A DNA stretch of 64,000 bases from Mytilus trossulus. Its lineage: Eukaryota. Location of the stretch: positions 12,276,001-12,340,000 of the forward strand of contig NC_086383.1 in assembly GCF_036588685.1 (NCBI RefSeq), given 5' to 3'. Under the pieces are notes generated by a model, which saw nothing but the letters and a program-made list of their open reading frames with translations, had not been told where the DNA came from and searched no databases. The position numbers and the translations under genes are program-made. The first letter of the stretch is position 1. Each line of letters begins with the position of its first letter. Positions 36,369 to 51,000 of this stretch are shown in pieces.

Positions 36369-39300
36369 GTATTTATCAATTTTAATAACATATTTGTTTA
36401 CCACTCATATATTACTTGCATACCGATTTTATCCTTTTTTTTCTAATTAGAATAGAATTAAGATTGCAATAGTTTCTAGAGTAATGTAACAGAGTTTGAA
36501 ATTGGAATAAAACTATTTGCCTAAATTTCTGTACCGTCCGTTCTGTACTACGTACAAGCAACTACAATTAGAAAGAGAGTCTTCCATAATTTTTTTTTTT
36601 AACTTAAACAAAAATCTACACTACTTAAAACTAATTATCTAGATTGTTCAATCCATAATGACTCGCTTTCCTAGTTATTACCATTTTACTCTTTGATGTT
36701 ATCTTTCACCTTGTAACAGTCGGCAGTAAAATCTATTCTTGGTTATTGTCGAACACACACCTACCATTTATGAGGTAAGCAAACTATTGCAAGACTATCG
36801 ATGATAAAAACCTTGTTTGTAGGTTTTGTTCTGTTATTTTTTATTTGATTAAAAAATATTTGAGATTGGAATAGAATAAAACATGTATGTGATGGACACA
36901 TCATGTTCTAACCTTGATGGAAATACTTGTTCACGACTAAATCTTTATCGTTCAAATCATTATAAAAAAGAAGATGTGGTATGATTGCCAATGAGACAAC
37001 TATCCACAAAAGACCAAAATGACACAATCATTAACAATTATAGGTCACCGTACGGCCTTCAACAATGAACAAAGCCCATACCGCATATAGTCAACTATAA
37101 AAGGCCCCGATTAGACAATGTAAAACAATTCAAGCGAGAAAATTAACGGCTTTTTATGTAAACAAATAAATGTAACACATAAACAAACGACAACCACTGA
37201 ATTACAGGCTCCTGATCGTTTTCAATGGTCACTATTCTAATATGTTAGATATTCCCGTGCTTGTATTTCCTACCATGATTTTCTTGATAGAGGATTGCGG
37301 CTCACAAGCAAGCTATTAAACCAAGAGTTTCAAAAGGTAAAGTTGAAATCATCCCTTCGTAGATTAGATTGTACGGACGCCATTACGAGTTGATTGATCG
37401 TTATGGAATAACCAATTCACAGATAATACCGGATATGTTTCTTACGTCGTAACTACAACCCCCTTCCCTCTCATGAATGTGACCTACCGATTTCAACTAT
37501 TTACCGGATTTGTTATAATATGAGCAACACGAAGTTGTTTGTTTGTTTGTCTTTTTCATTTTCAGCCATGGCGTTGTCAGTTTAGGATTTCGATTTCAGA
37601 GTTTGACTGTCCTATTTGGTTTCTTTCGTTCCTCTTTTATCATTGTCATTTCCGTAGTTCGTGTAGTAGACAGTGTAACCTTATAGTAATAGTTGCATTA
37701 TTACTCTGGCTCTAAAGAAAAAAATGTACATCTTAAAACATCAAGAATCTTAATGTTGAACGAAATGTAGGATTTGCCAGGCTAATAAAACAACAAATGA
37801 ATCAGGAAGATAAAATGTGATTTCTTTTGCATTCAAGTGAATCCCTTTTTTAAGGGGTCGCGTGGGTATAAATTTTATTTTGTTCAAATATAGAATTTTC
37901 ATATCGATAAACGTTATCCTATTCTAAATTGAAAAATGAAATAAAAATATGTGGTCACCGTTTATTTAAAACTTTTTTTAGTCAGTTTAGTTTACGTACA
38001 GCTTATTTGAATAAAAAGAATAATCAAAAAATATACGTCACCGATGAGTTAAAAAATAATGTTTTAGTTTAAATGCCCCAAAAAGGTATTTTTTATACCA
38101 AAGGGAGATAACTTGGAGCTTTTTTCAATGAAATAAACATTTTAAGTCTTCTGGGGCAATCACGAATTGATCTTTTTGTTTGATTTTTGTAACATATCGC
38201 AAAGTAACAACTAATATGTATTGTAATTGAGTAATTGAAGAAAAATTGGTGGCCTTCGGCTGTTGTCTGCTCTATGGTCGGGTTGTTATCGCTTTGACAC
38301 ATTCCCAATTTCCTTTCACAATTTTGATAAAAAAAATTTGTAATAAAAAAAATGTCCTTTTTTTTTATTTGCTGAATTTTTGGTATCCTCGAGCCTCCTT
38401 AACTGTATTTGACCGTAATTTATTGTAAACAACTATTGACGTATTAAAGATAATCATTCAAAATGATTTAGACGAGTTGTCATAATTAATTGAAAACTAT
38501 GACCCGTTCACGATAACATGCACATAACTAAAATCAGTGATAAGTGTTGTCTTACCTAGCATTTCAAATTACTATGGGGTGCGTAGATGTAAACATTTCT
38601 GTTCAACATTTGAAGAAGTTTAATTTTATTTTTTCAGAAAAAGAAAAAAGTCTGTTGAATAATGATTTGATTTAATGTTCGTTAAATGTAAAAGAGTTTT
38701 ATAAAACTTGTAACTTATTTTTAACCTCTTAATGTTTTCGGTTATTACGTTGTGATTGCGTTGTCAGTTTGTTTTAGATTTACGAGTTTGACTGTCCCTT
38801 TGGTGTCTTCCGTCCCTCTTTTATACGATTTGCTTATCTACAAATATTTGAATGTGCTTGGTCTGTAATAATTTCTTTACTTGTTAACATTTCAAACGAC
38901 AATTTATCCAGGACTACTTTGATAACCTATGTTTAAACTGTGTCAATTTAAGTTTAAATGATATATACATGCGCGATACGTAGACAGTGAAATTAAAAAG
39001 AGATTGGTTGAGACGTAATCGGATAGAATACATTTTTTTACAGGTTTTTGCCGTGTTAACTTTGTCCTTGCAAAATCAATTAAAAAAATGCAATGACTAT
39101 ATCGAATTCATGGATATATCCGTATTAATTAATTGGTAAAATTACAGCTATCATTTCATTAGACTCATCTATTTCAATTCAAGTAAATATGTTCTACATG
39201 CTACTCCGCCTTACATACAAAAAGATGTTGATTTTTGTTTAAGTATATGGAATTTCAAATTTAAAAAGATTTAGGGAAAGGAAGGAGTTAAAATGACATG

Positions 39301-42300
39301 AGTAAACACAATTCGAGATCTATTTAATATGTTACCTTGGAAAAATATTTAAAAATAATAGAATATTTGGAGAAGATAATACCTTGTTGATTAATGAAGA
39401 AGGTCATGCAAAATATCAGTATACTTAAGAATATCAGGAGCGATATCTTAATTAACCGTTTTAAAGATGAAGAGCTTTTTTATTTACATAATCCATATAA
39501 TTTAATATGGAATAGAACAAAATATCGACAATATTTTTTATGAATGAATCGATGCGAAAAAGAGACATCTTTTTTCAGTACTGATTTACTGAATTCGAAC
39601 AATGAGCTTTCCTCTATTCAACATTTACCAGCGTTCATGTCAAAACCACTATTGCACCTGTTCGAATTATTATACAAATTTGTCCGCAACTAATTTCAGA
39701 TAACAAATACTTGAATAAGTATATAAAACAATTCATTATTTTTCATTAGATACAGAAGAGAAATAGGAAACATATTAATTTTCAATTTGACATTGAAATT
39801 TTTTACACACATTCAGTTTTATTGACTCTTTATTTAGACGAAACGCGCGTGTAACGTATTTAATAATAATCCTTTTACATTGTTTAACTATTTACACCAC
39901 TGCGTTAATGCCATTACTTGTGGACGTTTCAACCCGAAGTATCATTAGCCCACTGGTCAGCACTTAGGTGTTGACATGAATATTGGGGGAATTATATGGA
40001 AATTATTTTTATAAAAAACGTTGAAAATTTAAAAAAAAAACTAAGGATTTTCTTATCCCATGAATAGATTACCTAATCCATCCTTGACACAACATTTTGG
40101 AATTTTGGGTCCTCAATGCTCTTCAACTTTGTACTTGATTGGCCTTATAAATATTTGATATGAGCATCACTGATGAGTCTTATGTAGACAAAACGCGCGT
40201 CTGTTGCATCAAATTATAAGCCTGGTACCTTTGATAACAAATCAAACAAATGTGAATAGTCTGAAACAGAATACTATCGAGATACTATCAACCTTTTTAT
40301 TTGGTTTTCCACTTTTCCATAAAAAATATGGTTTGAAACAAAAGATTTGCTAAAAAACATTTCTGCAAAAGAAGTTATTACTAGGAAGATGTTGATTCTA
40401 ATAATTTAAGAAAGTACATCATTTTCCTCATTTAGTGTTTTATTTATATACATGCCAACGTAACAACACTTGCTCCGCTGATACTTTTCAAAGAATAAAA
40501 CAAGCATACAAAATAATAAATCTGATAACTGATTTTACCCTTCTTCTGCAGTAAATGAGAAGATAGACAAAATAGTCTTTCTGGTGGAATATTATTAAAG
40601 GGCAGTTACTCTAATTTGCTTTATAATAATCAATAGGGCGTCAAATCACTATACAAGAAAGTGGGTATTAATTTTCAGCCAAATATAGGATGTAGCAATG
40701 TCAATCTCAAAAAGGCGTTGTCAATAAAACAACAAATAAACCCACTTACAATGTTTATTTTGTGAAGTGTCATTAAGTCGTTACATATCCATTGATAAAA
40801 CCTAAACAAAAGTAGCAATTTTATTTGATTCTGCAAAAATATCGAATGTTTGATCATATTTTTTATAAATATTAATAAAATAAATGGCAGTTTAACCTTT
40901 TTCTTTGTAGGAAACAACTATATACCGATATCATGATCTGATTTTTTATGGTTTATTCACTTTTTTTTTTTAATTTAGAGACAATATATATATTCTTAAA
41001 CTTAATCATATTAATGTGGAATAGACGTGTATAACTGTTATTATTTTTAATATTGTATTTTTGAAATATATCATCTTTAAGGTGAAATATTTGAATATTT
41101 TTTTTTCATTAATAATCAAAATTTCAAAACAGAGATTACTCACATTTATCGATCATTGCTTCACCAACGCAAAACAAAGCTACTGCATTGTTGTTCAATA
41201 AGTAAAATATAATTTATGATTAAAGTTTCTTTAATACGGTATTTATTGTACGTTTAAACACAACGCTACTGGTTTCAAATCATCGACTGGATTTATTATA
41301 TAGTTTTTGAACATGCGTTTCATAGCAATAAACTCATCATAGATACCAGGATTATCTAATTAATGTATCCACACAAATTTAGGCTATATTTATTGATACA
41401 ACCATCAGTGACTGGTAGATTTGCCTGATTTTCGTATCAGCGGGTACCTTAATGAAAACACTATTTCAATTAAAAACTATGAAAATATTGACAAATGTAG
41501 TAAATGACTATAATAAACATGTGACTTAATGATGAGCACATTTTTTGTTAAATTCAAAACAACAAATATTTATATATAAATATAAGCCCTTGTTGTGCTC
41601 TCCTCATTGTACGGCTTGTAATTGCCCTGAGGTAACTGAAACATTTTCTAAAACAATGTAGCAACTTTACCTGACCATATCTGGAAATAGGTATATAGTC
41701 GGATCTTAACACGTACTTGTGATTTGGTTAATATCGGTTTTGATATAAATATACGAAGTAATGTCGAAATGTTCATGACTTTTAATTAAATCTGTATTTC
41801 GGTAGGATGGTACAAGCATACGATTTTTATTGCGTCTTTCACTTTGAGAAGCGAATAATCTTTAACTTCTTTATTCAATTATTGTGTAAAAACGTTTTGA
41901 GCTATGAAAGTGAAGTGGCTCGAGCATTTTTCTGAGAAAGTTTTAAAAAAATGCAAAGAAATATGTTTACAGTGGGTTAGCTTTCATTAGTCTTCACTAT
42001 CTATAGATTAACAACTTTTGGTTATATTTATAATTTAGAATCATCTTTGAAGGTGGCGGACGATTGCACAGTTGATTAATTATATTTATGTGCCATATGT
42101 ATGCAAGAGTCACATTCCGTTGTATTATGCGCCAATTCGAAAAAGTTATGCGAGTATTCTCTCCCCTTAACAGATTCATTATTTTATGATTAAGTTTACG
42201 TTTCTGATATGATTTTTAATAATTACAAAATGTATCAATTCAATATATTTCAGTTTTTGTTATTGGTGTATCAAAAACATTGATGTACTAATATAATTTC

Positions 42301-45300
42301 ATAAGTTTGAAACGTTTAAAATGATGACATACCAATATAAAGAATCGTTCATCATTTTTGAAAAAGACTATGAACAATTATCGAATTATTTATCTTCTCT
42401 TGATGAAAGAGTGATTGGGAAATGAACCAGCGTTAACAAATGGTAATCACAGAGAGGGACCGGGGAGCAATATTTTATTGTAGCTTATACAACGTTACAA
42501 CAAATATCCACTGTAAACGAATGTTACTTTATACAAATATAAGGACTTTGTTAGCTAAATCTACAAATTTTATTAGATATCACTATTTTTTATTGCAATA
42601 GATTAATATGCTAAATAATGTACGTCAACATATCTTTTGCGCGTGCTATAGGTTGAATGGGGAAAATTTCATTAAATTATCTCTTGGTAATATACCCCGG
42701 TATATGTTTTCTTTTAGAAACGCCGTGTTCTAAAGAACCTTGCTTCTACAATGGAACTTGGACTGCACTTGGGAAATTACCTATCTGTGCTTGTAGTGAT
42801 TGATACAATAGATCCAGATGTGAAGATTGTAACATTTGTTAGGTGATAAGCAACGAATTCAAAATATGTTTACAGAATAAATGTTTGGTGTCTGGGTGCA
42901 AACATTTTACTTATTGGATACATGTTTCAAAGCATTAGGAAACATTCATGAAATTTAAATAGAGTATGCCTAATAGAAAAAGAAACACACTATGGGGACT
43001 TGAAATCAATTGGGCAAAGGTCAGGGTAACATACAGTACAAAAAATATAAAACCTCAGCTAAAGTTATGTTTTTTGGAGTTAATTTTTTACAATATGTCA
43101 AAATTTTTCGATACGTTGTTCGAAAATACACAATAGAATCAAAATCAACAATAAGTTTGGAAAGCATTTTGTTATCTTTTGAAGCATGTTTAATTGTATA
43201 TCAAGTCTATAAAGTCAAAAGTAGTTGACTTGCATACAGTATTTGACTCGGTAAAACCATATTTGAGTACACACGGCATATTCATTTAGATGGGAAATGG
43301 TGTACTTTTGACACCACCCCCCCCCCCCACAAATAAAAGATAATGTATAAGCTTTGAATTTCAAATAGTTTGGCCATGAGCATCATTAAAGAGACATAAA
43401 TTTTCCTCGGAGTTCAGTATTTTTGTGTTCTTACTTTTTTTAATATTCACGAAAATATTTGTCAAAATCGAAAGTACATATTGTACTCAACGGAAACATT
43501 AATGAAATCATAGATTATGTATTTTTGCCCACAGTTTGTAATAGCCTTGGTTACTGCAAATATTTTTTAAACAAGTAGTTTCATCTAGACTGTGTTGAGC
43601 AACTATTCTGATATATCCTAGGATTTTGATTAAATATTTACACTCCAAATATGACATTTAATTTTTTCAGGGACACCATGCCACAGTTCACCTTGTTTAA
43701 ATAGAGGAACATGCTAGCCTTCTGGTAGCAGTTTTGTTTGTTTCTGTCTAACTGGATACAGTGGAAAACAATGTCAAAGTAGGTTTTGTTAAAATATAGG
43801 TTAACTTTCGAGGTTTTAAATTAAAGATGGCACAAACAATACATTTTTTTTTAAATAAATGAAATATTATGGCTACATTACCCAATGAATTTTGTTTTTA
43901 CTAAAAAAAGTATAAGACTGCTATTTGAAAAAAATAGTCTCATTCGCGTCTGCATATTACAAAAGAACATGAAAAGATATAAGGATACAAAACATAACTT
44001 CTTAAATCCACACGTCATTTTTTGTAAATGTAAACTTAGAAATGTCAGTACAGATTTCCCCCCGATTATGTCGTGATCACGAAAAAAGTTAAGAAGCTGG
44101 TTCAAATAAACCAATTGAATATTGAAGTCACGGTTGTAACAATTGTTATTTCTATATATTGTAGGATATTGATACAATGATTGTACTCAAACAATTGTCT
44201 TTTATTATCATAGTCACACCATGCAACAATTCGCCTTGTTCAAATGGGGGAGAATGCACGACAGCTAGTAGTAGTTTTGTTTGTACCTGTCCTTCTGGAT
44301 ACAGTGAAAACCAATGTCAAGGTTAGTCACTTTATAGGATGCATTTCTTTCACTATAGATAATTTAATAACCCATAGGAACTCCTTTTAAATCTGAAACT
44401 GTACACTTTTACCATGAAGTTTAAAAAACTTACATCCTAGAATAGAACGCTCATATACACTACAATTTTTTTCAATATAAAACTGTGCGGATCATTCTAC
44501 ATTTATATGCCTCCAACTTTAAAAAGTTGGAACATATACTAATATTCAGTGCTACTCCTACCTTAACTTAGAATTTACCTCAGCATTTAAGGCGGCCGCT
44601 AATAGTGTTAATGTATATTGGTAACATTCCCAAGCTATGTCTTTATTGGGAAGATACATAGAGATCATATCTTTGAACCAGTACGTTATCAAAAGAAACT
44701 ATCTATGAATATTATATATCTCTCTAAGAGAGGCTTGGTTTGTAAAACATCTCTATTTAAAAGTATTTGATAATTTGTATTATTGAAATAAAAATGACAA
44801 AAACATATCTATTGTGTTCGATAGCGGTAATTGCCAAACAAAGAGAAGAATGCATTATCATGACGAAAATATTTGTCCAAATCTAAAGTTCATATTGTAC
44901 TCAACGGAAACACTAATGCTATCATAGATTATGTACTTTAGCGCACAGTTTGTAATAGCCGCGGTTACTGCAATTATTTCTAAAATAAGTAGTTCTATCT
45001 AAACTGTGTTAATCAGTCAATGAACCGACACAACTATTATGATATATCCTAGGATTTTTATTAGATATTTGCAAATCAATTATATAATTAATTTTTTTAG
45101 AGGAACACCATGCCATATTTCTTCCTGTTTAAATAGGGGAACATGCAAGCCAACTGGTAGCAGTTTTGTTTGTTCCTGTCCAACTGGATATAGTGGAAAA
45201 CAATGTCAATGTATGTATGATTAAAAGTTAGGTTAACATTCGGGTTTTTAAATTAAAGGTGGCACAAAACATACACTTTTTTCTAAATAAATGAATCATT

Positions 45301-47964
45301 ATGACTACTTTAACCAATGAAATTTGTCTTCATTAAAAATAAGTATAAGACTGATATTTAAAATGGAATCGTCTCATTCGCGTCTGCATACGACAATCGG
45401 CGAGAGGAGTTACTTCCGGTACGTGAATATTGAGATATTAATATTAGTTACATATACAAGACTTTTAAAATATTTCAATCAAACGTAAAAAGAACGTGAA
45501 AATAGATAAGGATACTAAAATTACTTCTTACATTCACTTGTCATTTTCTGTTACTGCAAACTTGGAAATGTCGGTACTGATTTTCTCCCGGTTATGTCAT
45601 GATAACGAAAAAATGTAGGAAGCTAGTTCAAATAAACCACGTGAATAATGAAGTCACGGTTGTAGCAATTCTTATGTCAATATACTGTACTCAAACAATT
45701 GTCTTTTATTATCATAGTCACACCATGCAACAGTTCGCCTTGTTCGAATGGGGGTAAATGTACTCCTACCGGAAGTAGTTTTGTTTGTTCTTGTCAAACT
45801 GGATATAGTGTAAAACAATGTCAAGGTGGGTAACTGTATATGATGCATTTTTTTTATTTTATAGACAATGCAAGTACCCATAGGAACTCCTTATGTTATT
45901 TTTATGGTTCAAAAATACCCTTTTTATTTTAAATAAATGAAATATTATGACCACTTTACCAAATGAATTGTTTTTGAATGAAATAAAGTGTATGACTGCC
46001 ATAAAAATAAATCCTCTCATTCTCGTCTGCAAATATCAACTTTAGGATGAAGTTACAGCTTGAATACGAAATCAAAGTTCCTTGTTCTAGCCTTTGCAAA
46101 ACTTCAATCAAACGTAGAAAGAGATCGGGAAACTAAGACCGCAATACCTAACAAAAATCGACGAACAATAGAATTATATTAAATAATCTAAATATAAAAT
46201 GTAAAACAAAACATATTTCACCTAAACGGATTTCGACATTTTATATTACAGGGATAACAACTTATATTTGAACAACAAATACAAGTTGTGTGACATACGT
46301 TCTGTTTGCATGCTAGGGAAGTGTACGTTTACAGACAGTTCCTGCGAATACAACAATAATAACATAGACCATAGATATAGGAAGATGTGGTGTGAGTGCC
46401 AATGAGACAACTCTCCAACCAAATAACAATTTAAAAAGTAAATCATTATAGGTTTAAGTACGGCCTTCAACACGGAGCCTTGGCTCACACCGAACAACAA
46501 GCTATAAAGGGCCCCAAAATTACTAGTGTAAAACCATTCAAAGGGGAAAACCAACGGTCTAATCTATATAAACAAAACGTCTACATTAGCATTAGCATAT
46601 GACTAGGAATGTCCACGAGATAACTGCAAACTGTTGTGTAATTGTGTTATATTATTACTGTGTAAATAGAAGTGAAGGTAACAACAATTCAAATCGCGAT
46701 ATATTTCATGATTTTAATATAATTATTGCACTCTGATTCTGTTATTACTGATATTTTAGTCACACCATGCCATACTTCACCTTGTTTAAATGGGGAAAGG
46801 TGCACACCAACTAGAAATAGTTTTGTTTGTTCCTGTCCAACTGGATACTCTGGAAACCGATGTCAAAGTTTGTTTCATTAGAACATATGACTAATATATT
46901 AATGGACAGTAGGGTTAATTCAATGCACAATGGAACAAAATATACATAATCATTTAGAATAAATAAATGTATAGTTTTACTGTTAGGGTGTGTAAAAACA
47001 TGATATGAGGGAAAAACACTGTTTTTATGAAATGGCGCTGACCTTTTTCTGTTCCAAAAGAGCAAAGAATCCTAAACTACACACACAAATTAGATGCTAT
47101 TAATTTGTAATTCTTAAACCAAACGAATAAAACAAATTGAAATGCTCGTGTGGCAAAAATAAAATAAATCAATGGCAATAAATAATAAAGAAAACTCACT
47201 GAACGTAACGACATTCTATATATGACCACAAAGATATTTACTAACATAGAGTATAACAACATCGTTAGGTTAAATAGCTTTATAATGTCTGTCTGGATTT
47301 TTTTTTCTAAACACGGTTACATTCAAGAGGAATTAACCATTCTTGGTTAGATTTCGTGTTCATATATCATATTATCTATTATTTTGTATAGTGTGCCCTC
47401 GTTGTTAAAAAAGAATTTTCCTGCTCTTATTCCGTCGACAATCTCATTTTTTTCCTTTCTTTATTCTTAATTAATCGTTTTTTACAGTTCGACCTGCATG
47501 TCCCTCTGGCTGGAAGATGAATGAAAACGGTTATTATTATTTCAGCATTCTCAGAGCAAATTGGGATTATGCCAAGGTAGTAAAGGTTTGTAATTCTAAG
47601 TTCTTACAATAAACGTTTAAAAACAATAAATCAAACCACAAAACATTCAATAGGAACTAACAGTAAAAAAGTTATAAACTATTTGAAAGAAAACCAACAG
47701 ATGTAGTCTAAAAGACAGATAGATAATCTAAATATATTAATTCGCTTGTGATATCCAAAGATTTCACATTGTCTTACAATTTGTCTATAATAATGGTCAA
47801 CTATTCAATATTCATGATAAAGAACAACAATAAGTCAAATTCAAGTTGGACATTTGTTTTTGCCATGGATTAATTGGCCAAGCAAAAAACAAATACTTAA
47901 CCTTTGAGGTGTTATACGATACAATATCCTTGTTATTGGACTTATCGTTTTTTATCTTGGTATC

Positions 47965-48033
<69 letters not shown>

Positions 48034-51000
48034 AAACTTTGAATAATCAATAAGGTGTTTTTTTTAAGATTCTCTCAATTGATTTATGATTTTTGGGCAG
48101 TTGTATACTACTGTTGATTGTATATTGTTCGTATCCAATCCAATAGCATTACAAAGTTGTTTTTGTCCTTTTTCCGCAGATAGATATGGTTCTGTTTGAT
48201 GTTGAATGGTCCAAATTAAACGCAGTTTTTCGACATAACGTTGTAGTGTTCATATTTGTTTGAATTCATACAAATTTGTATTTTCAGATTTGTTGTAAAA
48301 ACTTAGGCAGTATGCTAGCAGAAGTTACATCAAGAAGTGAGATCGTATTTCTTAGGACAAATGCAAAAAAATATGGTGAAAGTATGTAACTGCTATTGAG
48401 TTTTTTTCTTTCAAATATTTAAATATCCAGTAAGGAGTCGTAAGGAACGTTTTTGTCGTGTGCAGGTTAAGTTTCAATTGTTTTAAAACTTCTTGAATCA
48501 TAATATGTTTATTAAAAGTGCATTATTGAACTCCAAGTATGATAAACGTTACTATAGATATACACACGAGAATCCAACAAGAGCATTGACTTCTAAAAAC
48601 ATTGTCGTAGATGTTCTCCTCGGTTTTAGTTGGTAACCCGGATTCGTTTTCCTTCGATCGATAAATGACTTCTGAAGAGCGGTATTGCCCTTTTTGTCGT
48701 GCGTGAGTTAATTCTCATATACTTTTAATTTTGTTGAATAATAATGTAACAATTTCGCTATAAGATAAAGAATAGTTATCTCCCTTGTCCTTATTTAATT
48801 TTGTTATTAGTTTAATATTTAAGTAAATTAAAGTTGTAATATATGATCTTTATAGGTTATCACTTTTTATAAATAGCCTTTAATTATCTTGGAAAAATTC
48901 GGAGTATAAATAAATATTTTTGAAGAAGGAAAAATATATGTTACCTTTGTATCGTAAATAATTAATTTATACATATCATTTAAGTTCAAATTATGGTTTG
49001 TCTTCAGACCAGTAGCTAATGTAAGGCTCACAATTAATATAGTATTCAGTTTTTACTGACACTAGGTTTGTCAAGGTAATAGACCAAAGATGTAGAAAAG
49101 TTATTTCTATAATTTTGAAAGTCCTTTCCTAAATACTACCACAGCGTGTTCTTTTACAGTCTTTAAAATTTAAAATATATTAAAGTATTTAATACAGTTC
49201 TAAATATAAACCAAAAGCTATAAATAAGAGGTCAAAACAAATACGGGTTATAAAACTTTAGGTCCACTCGAATACTCAAATTTATCTTGAAATGTAAGTA
49301 ATTGTTATACTACTCAGAATACTATTTTACTATTGTTAAACTTATAAACTGTTGAATTTAATTTACCTTTTAGACAATTTTACATTTGTTGATATTGTAT
49401 ACTGTTTTTGTTGCTTTACATCATGTTTATTTAATACAAATATAAACATCTTTATTATCTTTTTATCCTATTGCCATAGCTCAGTTCCCTGAGAAGAACT
49501 ATAAGAACTGAGATAGTCTAATGATCTCACTTGGCATCCATCGTCAACACATTATATAGATATCAGTATATTTGGTGTATAGAGTCAGATATCTCAGTTA
49601 TTAACACGACATAAACAACTAACTAGAGGGGACGGAAGAATCCAAGCCCGACCCTCCTGTTACAAAATTTGGTGGCCAATGTGGGGAACTGAGTTGAAAC
49701 CTTGGCAGTATTTAAAAGGTATCAAATAAGATAAAATTTAAATTAAGTAAGACAAAGAAATATTCTAAATGTCTTCTAAACAAGATATAGGGGCAACTGG
49801 AGGATTGTCGGTTAAAACAGATTCAAAACGAGATTCTGACTATTTACATAGACTTATTTCAAAGTATAGAGACAGTACTAGTCTTGACGAGGGTATGCTA
49901 GATGTAAGCGAAGAAGAAGTGAAATTTGATAAAGGAAAGATAACTCCTAGTAAAAAAAGTTACGAGTTATACGGCGGTGATAGTTTAGAGTATAATAGAA
50001 CACCTCGCGAAGATAAACAAGAAAGAAGCGTTCCACGGTTAAGAGACGAACGTGATAGATATGCATTACCGAGTTTGCACAGCAGAGATTTATTAACCAG
50101 AACTGAAGACGCAATAGGGTCGAAATCGTCGGTGTTCGGTTTAAGTAGAGGAAACGATTTCTATGAAAAACATAATTTAGACACGCGATATAATATGCGC
50201 CCGACAAGCGAAACTAGAGAGTTATCTGTTAAGACGAAAAAGGAAAATGAAAAAGGGTCTCCAGAATATTATCAAAAGTTAGTAAATGACTTGTCGACTA
50301 TTCAAAGAGAACTCTTCGGTACCGAAAACCCGCAAAGCAAATCAGATTATAGGTCTCCGAGGCAAACCTCTGAACGGAATTCAGAAACGTTAGAGAGGGC
50401 CGAAAATAAGACCATACAAACGACAATGCCGAATCCAAAAGTCAATGATCAATCAAATACTGTTGAAAGTAATGGCAAAACGGGTCGTACAAAGACACAA
50501 ATTACGAGACGCGAGAAAGAACCCGAAAAATTCGATGGAAAGTCTATTGACTGGAAGGACTACATAGTCCATTTTGAAAAGACCGCAACGTGGAATCAAT
50601 GGAACGAATGTGACAAAGCGCAACAATTGTCAATGAGTTTAAGAGGCTCAGCACAAAAACTGCTTGGTGATTTGCCACCGGAAGTAGTGAATGATTATGC
50701 AAACTTAAAAAGCACACTAGCACAGAGATTCAATCCGAAAGAGCGTGTTACAGCATACAGGTGCGAATTTAGAACCAGAACGCGAAAACCCGGAGAGTCT
50801 TTGCCAGATTTTGGGTATGCGTTGAGGCGATTAGTTAGATTAGCCTACCCGGAAGGAGAATATAATTCGGTCCTTGAACAACTAGTAATAAACCAATTTA
50901 TACTAGGTCTCGGAAATTTCGAAATGGAGAAACATGTGCAGTTTGCGCATCCTCAGACTTTACAAGCAGCAATAGCTTGCGCCGTCGAATATGATGCATT

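Noticed and set aside
43376-43400. Further hammerhead-like motif (GAGCATCATTAAAGAGAC)
   Set aside because: Too degenerate; no GAAA or stem III could be identified.
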